64,000 nt of DNA from Nageia nagi. Taxonomy: Eukaryota; Plantae; Pinophyta. The notes under the pieces were generated by a model. That model was not told where the DNA came from. It saw only the letters and a program-made list of their open reading frames with translations, and searched no databases. A program made the translations under genes and the position numbers. Position 1 is the stretch's first letter. The number at the start of each line of letters is the position of its first letter. Location: the NCBI GenBank assembly GCA_050084985.1, contig JBITNC010000001.1:43834001-43898000 (forward strand), written 5' to 3'. Positions 54,010-64,000 of the stretch are shown here, in pieces.

Positions 54010-57000
54010 CTCCTCTCTCCTCTCTCTCTCTCCTCTCTCGAGATGTATGAATCTTCCCTAACTTTATTAAACCATCCTTAAATATTGATCAAATGAAGTG
54101 GTACCTAAGTTGAATGTGTTTGGTTTTTAAATGGAAGGTTGAGTTCTTTGCAATATGGATAAAACTTTGACTATCACTCCATAGCTTTGCATCTTTTTTC
54201 TCCTTATCTAGTTCCTTCAACAATCTTTATAACCAAATCAACTCCTTATTAGCCTCTATAGTAGCAACATATTCATCTTCTATGGTTGAAAGAACTATAA
54301 CTTGTTGGAGCTTGGAGATCTAACTAACTTTTGTATCACCAATGGTAAAGAGATAACCTGTAGTGCTTCTCCCACCATCAAGATCATCTACCATATCTTA
54401 ATCAACATAACCTTGTGAATAAATATTAGAACCTCCAAAAAACAAAGATTCATGACAAGTACTCCTCAAATACATGAGAATCATATTAACAACTTCCTAA
54501 TGACCCTTTCTTGGATTATTCATAAATCTCTTACAACTCCTATTGCTTGTGCTATATCTAGTCTAGTGCATACCACTACATACATTACACTCGCAATTAT
54601 TGAAGCATAGGGAATCTTAGTCATATACTCTTGTTCATATTTTATATTAGGACATAAATCTTTAGAGTTTAAAATATATTGCCAATGGTGTAGTAAGAAG
54701 TTTTTCATCTTTCATGTTAAACTATTTTAGCATCTTTTCATTATTTTCTCCTTGATTTAACTTTAATGTGTGGTTGTGTTTGTCTCTAGTGATTTCTATT
54801 CCAAGAATTTGTTTTAGCCTCACCAAAATCCTTCATTTCAAAATTTATAGTCAATTTTTCTTTAAGATCAACAATGTAATGCATACTAGTTCCTACTACC
54901 AGTATATCATCCACATACAAAAGCAAGATAACATAGTTGTAATTATTTGTCTTCTTAAAAATACACAATGATCTAATTAACATCTAATGAACTTATTATT
55001 TATCATAAAAGTGTCAAATTTAATATAACATTGTCTAGGAGCTTGTTTGAGGCCATAAAAGCTCTTTTCCAACTTACACACATAACCTTTTTTACCTTTG
55101 ATCTCGAAACCTTGAGTTGCATGTAAATATCCTCCTACAAATCCCCATGAATAAAAGCTAACTTTATAGTTATTTGTTCAATATATAAATTTTTAGCAGC
55201 CATAATACTCAATATTTCTCTAATAGAGGTCATTTTTACAATTGGAGAAAAGATCTCATCAAATTTTATATCTTTCTTTTGAGTGAAACCTTTTACCAAA
55301 AGTCTTGCTTTATACCTCTTTTTTCCATCTCCTTCATATTTCAATATATACACCCATTTTTTTGTTAGTTTCTTTTTACATTTTGGAAGCTTAACCGATT
55401 CCAAATTTGATTGTGAATTTAATAATCCATCCCATCCTTCATTACAATCTCCCACTTATATCGTAAACTTATTTGAATGACTTCATCAAAACACTTAGGT
55501 TCACCAATGTATAACACATAATGAAGCATAGGGGAAAAATTGTCAGGTAACTTACTTTTCCTTATAGACATAACATAATTAGATAAATGTTAAGGGATTC
55601 TACTTATCCTAATATATTTTCTAACAACACTTATAGAAGATTGAGATACTTGCTATTGTTGTTGTTGAACATTTTATGGTAGAGTTTGTTATTATTGTTA
55701 TGGAGGAAATTCACTTTGATCCTTTGGTTTTTCATTCTCATCAACATCATCAAGAGCTACAAACCTTGATTCCTCTTCCTTTTGCTTTTTCTTGACCTAC
55801 AAACTATATTTTTATATGAATTATTTATTGAATATTACATCTCTACTTCTAATGAGTTTTTAATTATCAACATCCCATAATCTGAAACCCAAACCATCAA
55901 TACCATATCTAAGAAGTGGCATTTTTGATACTTTGCATCAAGTTTCTTCTTGATTTCTTTATTGATGTAGATAAAATCCTCACAACCAAATACTCTAAGG
56001 AATGAGTAATTTTCCTTTTTTCCTATCTACATTTCCTTTGGAATGCCTCCATTTGGAGCAGTAAATGGATCCCTATTAATCAAATAAATAATAGTGTCAA
56101 CAACATTATCCCAAATATAGAAAGGAAAACCTACTTGTATCCTAATGCTTCTAGCTCGTTCAAAAATTATCCTATTCATTCTTTTCACAACCCCATTTTC
56201 CTGAGCTATTCTTGGAACTACGTTTATTCTTCTAATTTTATAATATGAATAAAAGGTTTCAAACTCTTTATTACAAAATTCATCATCATTATCATATTCG
56301 AGGCATTTCAACTTTAAACTTATTTTGTTTTCAACTAATTCCTTCCAAATATTAAATGTTTCAAACATATATGATTTATTGTTAATGCAATAAACCCATA
56401 TTTTCCTTTTAGATTCATTAATGAAAGTGACAAATAAGAAGAAAGCTAACTCTTTTTTATTTTTTATATATACAATCTTCATAAAGTACCATGTAAGTTT
56501 CTTTTATATTAGGAAGAAACGTCTTAGAATGTAGTAATTTCATACCTTTCTCATTCATGTCTCCAAGTCTATTATTCCATAGAATTTCATCTTCACCTGT
56601 GGATATTAGATTTATGGAGTAATCAAAGATATTTGTAAGCAAATAAAGCATGCTTACCATGCTACCCTTTGCAACCACCATTGAACCCTTTGAAACCTTC
56701 CTATTAGAGTTACCAAATGCAACCATATATCCTTCCTTATCCAATTTACTTGTTGATATGATATTTCTTTTAAGATCAAGAATATGTATATATTAATTTA
56801 GATTCCATTATATTTCATTAGTTAATTTCATTCTTATATTGCCAATAACAACAATCTTGCATGGATGTACATCACCTAATATTACTTGACCATAGTCACT
56901 AGTAATAAAATTTGTAAAATACTCTTTATGTGAAGTAACATGAAAGGAAGCACCCAATAGTCAATATTATCAAGAGACACTATCAAAGCATATTATAGTA

Positions 57001-57650
57001 TTTCATCAATTATATTTGCTTCTTGATTACTAGTACTTTCATTATTATTACTTTTCTTTTACTTTCCCTTTCTATTCCGACATTCATTTTTAATGTGACT
57101 ATTTTTACCACAATGCCAACATTCCAATTTAGTTTTACCTTTAGATTGTGATCTCCCTTTGGATTTTCCTCTTGACTTGCTTCTTCCTCTTTCCCTTGGT
57201 TTTCCCCTACTCTTGACTATGAGAGCAATGTTGAAACTTCACATGTAGACTTTCTCCTCATGTATTCATTATAATAGTTCCAAAAAACTTCATCAAAGAC
57301 CAACTTTGAATTAGAATAAGAGTTACTAACAACCATAACAAAGTTATTCCAACTATCAAGAATAGAATGCAGTATTAACAATTCTCTTTATCTCATTATC
57401 AAGATTAGTTTCAACTAAAGTTATTTGGTTTTTTACCATGTTTAACTCATTAACATGATTTTAGATTGAACTACTTGCATTCATATTCATGTTAAATAGT
57501 TTTTTCATGAAGTATACCTTGTTTGAGGTAGATGGATTTTCATACATTTTAGAAATTTTTTCCAATACACCCTTAGTAGTTATCTCATTTGAAATATTGA
57601 AGGCTACAGTAGAGCTTAAACAAAGTCTAACAACACCCAAGGTCATTTTC
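53510..57650 (-). mobile_element. Degenerate Ty1/copia (Tnt1/Tork-like) with 3' LTR at ~53510-54170; 5'-truncated
   Basis: gag at 57461-57646 (MYENPSTSNKVYFMKKLF), zinc knuckle near 57100, integrase at 56027-56482, RT (RYKARLLVKGF, LLLYVDDILV, PYASII) and partial RNase H. Confidence 0.9.
53726..54039. repeat. 18-bp repeat x3 (ACATGAAACCTCACAACA) followed by ~255 bp of imperfect (CT)n
   Basis: Read directly from the sequence. Confidence 0.95.
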
Positions 57651-57654
57651 TAAA

Positions 57655-58226
57655 ATATATATTATGTGGACAAATCCTATTTGCTCAGGTTGAGTTATTA
57701 TAGGCAAAAGGGATCTTAGCAATTATCTTGTAGCTAACATTCAATAAGGTAATAGCCCTCCAATTGGTAATACTTTTAGGGTCCCCTACCTTAGGTATAA
57801 ATTTGAAATTACCTATGTTGATGATAGAACCAAGAGAGCCACAAGCCATAGCCTCTTGTTAAACTTTGATAAGTTCAGGTTCGACCATGTCCTAAAACTC
57901 CTTATAAAATTCATTTGGATATTTGTTTGAGTTGAGAGGTTTATCATTAGCCATATGAGAAAATTATTGGGAGAGATCCTTTAGGGACAAAGGTCTATCA
58001 CAAAACTTAGATTGCTTAGTGGTGAGTCTACTAGAGAAAATAGAACAACATTCCCTTAATGCTCTTTGATGAGTAACATTAAGAGGTTGAGAAGCAAAAC
58101 TTTTTTTATAATGACTCACAAAAGATTTGAAATTTTTTGGAAAAGAGGTAAATATTCCCTCCTCCATTTAAATAGCTTGGAATTGGAAATGTTGTGTAGG
58201 AGGCCAAAATATTTTAAAATATTATT
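57655..58226 (-). mobile_element. L1 RT fragment related to the intron-1 LINE
   Basis: MANDKP..EFYK...GSIINIGNFKFIPK..NWRAITLLNVSYKII parallels ORF 36383-36727. Confidence 0.85.
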
Positions 58227-58723
58227 TGAAAACTCTAAATGATGGAATTAAGACTAAAATACCCAAGATTATATGAAAGCTCTCTCAAAAATCAATACTT
58301 AAATCATAAACAATATCATAAATTGACAACAATATAAAATGGTTCCTCCAATAATAGGAGTACATCTACTAACTAAGATATTTCTCATTCACAAAGATAA
58401 CTCTCTTATAAGACCTATTTCTTCTTCTCCTGATACTAATCTTAGAGCATAACTTTGCTTCAATATTTTGATGTGTGATCTCAAGGAGAGAGCCTTCTAT
58501 TTATAGATCAAAATCATCCCTTAGATCACCTATTTAACCATTGTACAAAGACATGACATGCTTCACCCTTTTACCCAATAGACATGCTCATGAGAAGGAA
58601 TGTAGAACAAGTTACATTATCATATTTAATTAAATACTTAAGGTATCTAGGGATACCTTTAAGTATTTGTGAATTTACAAGAACCTTACAAAAATTTACA
58701 ATAATGCATTATACATTCCAGCA
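58227..58723 (-). mobile_element. LTR of family A (copy 3)
   Basis: Collinear homology with 575-1076; ends attatacattccagCA. No TSD seen. Confidence 0.8.
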
Positions 58724-61270
58724 TTCAAAAGACTAAAATTAATTTTAAATCTTTTAATGACATATATTTTTTTAAAGGTGGAGATTTTTTAGAAAGAGAA
58801 TTTATTGTTTAAGTAAAAAGGGGGAGAATTTTTCCTAAATGTATTTCTACTTAAAAATTAGGATTAATTTTCTTATGAAATCATGTTTAATTTTTTTGTG
58901 GGGAAGAGGAAATTAAAAACTTTAGGTATCTTTTCTTCCTTATGTGTTAAAAATGTTTTTTTTTTCTTTTTTGAAGATAAAATTGATTTTTTTTCTTTAC
59001 CAAAGTTCTTTTTAAGGCAAGAAACATTTTTTTGCTAAAGTTTTTTTTTTAAGAAAAAGGGGAACTATAGTTATTGTTACCTAAAAATAGTGAACTTATG
59101 CAAAACTATGAGTGAACTTATGTGAAATTATTGGAATTTATATTTTGTAAAGAGGTCTTTTTTTGGGTTTGTGAAAAAGGACACTCTAAAATAGGTTTCA
59201 AAATTGGATGATATAATTTTTTGAGAAATTTACTTTATGTTGCTTTAAGTTTTTTCAAACTCATATATTGAAAGTGCACCCCCTAAAATGAACACATCCG
59301 CATGTATATTTCTCAATATAACTTATTTAGGGAGCCACGAAGGGAGGATAAGGCAAACTAGACCCTTCAATATGATGATCCAAATGGTGTAAAGTACGTA
59401 TTTGTTAATTTCCCCTAAGTCCTTTGTTGGTATAGACATAACTCCATATAGGTGGACAAACTTGTGCCTAGTCATACCACATGTCTACATGTAAATTCAA
59501 GGATTATCCTGATAAACTAAGAGGATAACTTGAAACCTAATCAAGATAATAATTTGGTCATTACAATATAAATCACACCCTTAGAAAATAGTTAGTACTC
59601 CTCCTTGTGAGAGTATATTATTGACCAAGGACAATTGGTTGAGGATTGGTAGGACTTGGAAAGGCATCCAAATGAAGGCTTGATTTTAAAAAGAAAAACA
59701 AGCCTTAACTTTACAACTATGTTACTTGGTTATGAAAAATATTGTATGTATGGAATATATCATGTGATTCTATTGTAAACCTCTTGCACATGTGAAATGT
59801 GTTAAACAAATTAAGCATGCTTTTTTAAATTATTCTTGGTCAAAATGTATCATTTATGATTGATTAATTCAACATGTATAGTGATTAATGTAAATAAACT
59901 TAACATGTATAGTTGATTAATTTGACTCACAAATTTACCATGCTTATGTTAGTTAACACTTTCACCTTCTTGTGAAGCAAAAGGGAGATACCTTCTTACC
60001 CAATCACACTCTTGATGATTCTTACTATGGTATTTAGGTATGCTAGATAATTAATGAGAGCCTAGTTTCTCCTACAAAAGAGAAGGCACTTGAAGCTTAT
60101 AACTCAAAGAATGAGTTATCAATCTCTATGGCTTTATATGTAATATCATACAAAGTGTTTTTTATGATCTCTTCATCAATATCTACAAAGGAAACTTGGG
60201 ATAGGCTTTAGAAAATCTACCTAGGGTTCAAATTTTCAATAAGGTTCACCACTATTCAAAAGTCACTTCAATATCTTCAAAGGGAAGATAAAAATATTTC
60301 CATATATTTGAATAAGATCATTGACCTTAGGATCCAACTTGCTAGTTGCAGTTGCAACTGGATCAATGACGAGTTCATGATTTTCATCATTATTCAAAGG
60401 CTTTCTTTAAATTTCAATAACTTTGTGATAGTTATTGAGACTACACTTGATGATAAAAAAGAATTCTTATTTCTCAAGAACTTTTCAAAACTTCTTCTAA
60501 AGCGTGAGAAAAATCTTTACAAAAAGTGTTGATTTCTTTGCCAAAGTACAATAGCATTGCTCAAGGACAACCAAAACTCCTTTAAAGAAGAAGTTTGAGC
60601 ATCAAAAGAAGTCGTTTCTTGTTACCTCCAAGAAGTTTGAAAAGAAAAATAATAATAGCTACAAACAAAGAGATGGAAAGGGAAAGATAAGTAAACCAAA
60701 GACCAAGAAAAAATTTGATGGTAACTGTAACTTTTGTGGTGGCTATGGCCATCAAGAATTTGATTGCTACAAGAAGAAAATAATAAGAGAAATGGAATTG
60801 TAAAGAACTTTAAAGGGAATAAAAATATTAGAGCTAGTTTTGTTTGTAGCCTTTCCTCCATATCTCGTAGTTTCTCTACTAATTGGATTATTGACATTGG
60901 ATGTACAAATCATATGTGTTTTGAAAAGAATAAGTTTAAAAATTTTAATAAGCATAAAAATGATGCAATTGTGATAGGTGATAATTTAATCCTTGAAATC
61001 TAAAGGTTGGAAGTATATTTATTCACAAAAATGTTCTTGAAAATATGCTCTATGTGCCTAAGCTTAGTATGAATCTTCTTTTTATAATTCAAGTTACAAG
61101 GAAAGGATATTGATTTGAGTTCAACTCATACTCTTGATGCATTAAGAAGAGACTTTCCACTTTGGTGAAATGATAAGTGAAACATGGTCTTTACATTATG
61201 GATCAAGTTCTAAAAAAGATGTACAACCTTGCTATGAATGTTTTCTCAAGGAGAAATGTTATCAATATAA
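58724..61270 (+). mobile_element. Ty1/copia 5' portion: long leader, gag, zinc knuckle, protease; truncated by a gypsy LTR
   Basis: gag-like ORF at 60308-60532, CNFCGGYGHQEFDC near 60725-60768, NWIIDIGCTNHMC and LYVPKLSMNLL. Confidence 0.8.
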
Positions 61271-64000
61271 TGTAACCTCAAGGGTTTGGTCTAATCGTAT
61301 TCTCCATTGATCATAACAATAGGGTACTTGAAAGAGCAGAAGGTGGTGGAAATGCACTCATGTTGGTCTTCTACTCAATCTTTGGGTTTTAGGTTGGTTT
61401 CTACCTATTATGAAGGTTAAAAGTAATAGGAAAGAGATGAAAAGGTTAAGAGTAATAAGAAAGAGATGAACACATTAAACTAAAAATAAACTAAAACTAT
61501 ATAGCCTGAACATTCCAACATAGAAAGCAATCCATAACCAAGATTAAGAATAGTGAACTATCTTACCCTTGGGATCTCACAATCATAATATACAACCATA
61601 ACTTATGATAGCTCTTCTTACATAACTTCCATAAAGTGTAACAGACAACCACATGTTGCAAAGGGAAAAGCATTATTATTTTACATTATCATATACAAAA
61701 GTATCTTACAAACTTGAGAAAATTTGCTAGAAATTTTTACCCTTGGACTTACAATAGTCCATTATTTACATATTTACATCCATATTTGGCTAATTATTTA
61801 TCATTAATACACTTAACTACTCTACTGATTGAAAGCAATAAAAGAAACTATTCATAAATGTACAATTCCAATCACAACTATGTCAAATTACGTAATGAAC
61901 AAGTACAATTAGTGCTAAGGTTTGGGAACTTGATATCTCTAAGCAATTATACTATCAAGGTGCAATCCTTCTAATTTTTTGTTGACTATATTCTCTTAGG
62001 TTTATAATTGATTGAAGATGCACTATCTATAGGCTTGATTGGTACAATCTGGCACTATATTCTATTAGCAGCTATATACTTCTTTGTAACCATTAATGAT
62101 AAGCACTATAGTTCTTGGTTGCATAGAGTGATGAGGGTAATGAATGGTATATCATTGAATTCTTGGGATAAACTACTACTATGATGTGAAAATGAGTTAT
62201 GATTGACACACTGACTGAGCCTCAAGGCTTAAACACTCATGACCAAGTGGAATTGGGTGTTCCTTCCTACCATTATTCCTCCTATTTGGTAGGTTTTGTC
62301 TCTTTTTGATGAGCTATAATGATGGTTAGAACTCACTTAACACTCATTAATTTTAGGCAAAAGGTGTGACATCATCATTCAAAATTGATGGGCTCTACTT
62401 AATTTTCTTCATGAAATATCTCTTATTGAATGTGGTACTACTTGCCACTTGTTATACCTCCTACTGAATGTGGTATTACCCATCACTTACTATCTTAGGA
62501 CCCACTAATTTTGAGAAAAGGTTATGACATCATCACTCAAAATCGATGAGCTTTATTTAATTTTTCTTTTGAAATATCCCCCACTTTATGACATACTTTC
62601 CATTTAATGTCATACCTCCCATTGAATGTGAGCAAAAAGTATGATGTCATTATTCAAAATTGATGGGATTTATCTAGTTATCTTCATGAAATACTTCCCA
62701 TAGATTTTTGATGTATGGTGAAGACTTTGTTCTAGAAATCGATGGGCTCTAAAACATCTCCCACTAGTGACTTGGACTGAATCAAGCTCTTATTTACAAT
62801 AATTCTTAGAACTTCTATACTTCTATAACTCCCAAAATTTGACTTAGACACTTACTTCCCTAATAGATTACAATACTACCCAAACATATTACATTAGTTC
62901 CTAAACATGATTTAGAAAAAAATTATATAACCTATGATTCTTTTTTATATATAGTTACTGAAAAATAGTTAAATTGACTAAGACTAGTTCCTATGACTTA
63001 CTACAACATCCACTAGATAGTGGTTAGACTTTTGAAGTAAAAATGGTAAAGACTGTCATACATATAAATAGTGCCCAAAATTCATTAGACTTGACCAAAT
63101 TTTGATAAAAAGACTAAGTACATAGAAAAGAATAATATGAAAGGGGAAAAGAAAGTGGGAATTAGGAAACACTTATTGAAATGAATAAAAGAATAAGGAA
63201 TACCATAATATTACCATGTTCCCAGAGTGTAATTCTAAAATAATAGAATCTTCTAGAGGCTCTTGAAGTCTTTTCCTAAAAGAGAATGGAACCCTCTACT
63301 TACTACTCGCACCTATCTATCAAGATGAAGCTTTTGTAGGAGTCTTAGGTGATAGAATTAGCTCTATGGGGAGGAACGATTGAATCTTCTTATTCAAATC
63401 TTTCAAGTCCTGATAATCAACCTATGATAAAATAGGGGAAGTTTGTATTTTCATCATATCCACTCTAAACCCTATTAGTACATTCTGTAGCCTCCCAACA
63501 TGTAAGAATCTTACAATTACCTCCTAAGGGAGGTCATTTATTTTTTGTAGGTATAAGATTTATTTCTTAGGAAAAGATTATTCTAAAAATTGAATGGTAT
63601 TGGCCACCCATCTGGTAGCACTATCCTATACATCTTGCTCCTCCCATAATTTAGGAGCTTTCAATTCTATAAAAGAATGAAATAATTTATTTATAAAACC
63701 AATCTATGTATTGAGCTATTGTTTATTAATTTTCATATTGAATACCAAATTTTGGAGTTTATAGATATCCCAAGTTCTCCTTAAAAATCTTTGCCTAGGC
63801 CTAGGAGTAATAGTAGATATATCCCTCTTTATAAGGGCTCTTAACCAACTTTGCATTCTTTTAAGTACTAACCTTGGTATATCTAGAGCTAATTTATGAA
63901 GAGTAGTTTGAGTAATGAATTGTTTGATAGCTTGTTTCATCTGATTTTTCAATAAATGTAATTGCAAAAAACTTACCAACTTCTCTCTAATCTATTCCAC
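61271..64000 (-). mobile_element. Ty3/gypsy 3' end: long 3' LTR (~61271-63005) plus decayed integrase/chromodomain-like region
   Basis: TGTAAC...TTACTACA termini, minus-strand purine-rich flank at ~63006-63020, and integrase C-terminal-like remnants at 63300-64000. The LTR contains ~120-160 bp repeats at 62360-62750. Confidence 0.6.

Noticed and set aside
53721-54081. Ser/Leu-rich ORFs of 109 and 117 aa
   Set aside because: They are translations of the 18-mer and (CT)n repeats.

Overview
AT-rich, CpG-depleted plant nuclear DNA. The multi-kb intron and the transposon (TE) types suggest a large-genome gymnosperm, but this is an inference. Most of the window is decayed, nested transposons: Tat-type and chromovirus-type Ty3/gypsy, three Ty1/copia elements, L1 and RTE-like LINEs, solo LTRs, a non-autonomous LTR element and a TIR element. 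One host gene lies on the + strand, a KT/HAK/KUP potassium-transporter homologue. Its probable first exon (27691-27828) is separated from exon 2 (44141) by a 16.3-kb TE-filled intron. Exon 7 is interrupted by a 537-bp insert flanked by a 10-bp duplication. The insert is in frame, so the spliced ORF stays open for 522 aa and ends in a foreign acidic/coiled-coil tail. The original 3' half has decayed and is cut off by a ~6.5-kb degenerate endogenous caulimovirid (tRNA-Met PBS, MP-CP-AP-RT-RNaseH plus a C-terminal extension). Other points of interest: an L1 that appears to carry an extra downstream ORF, a possible antisense small secreted-peptide gene inside intron 1, and LTR/ORF polarity conflicts. 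All calls were made by eye; no searches or alignments were run.
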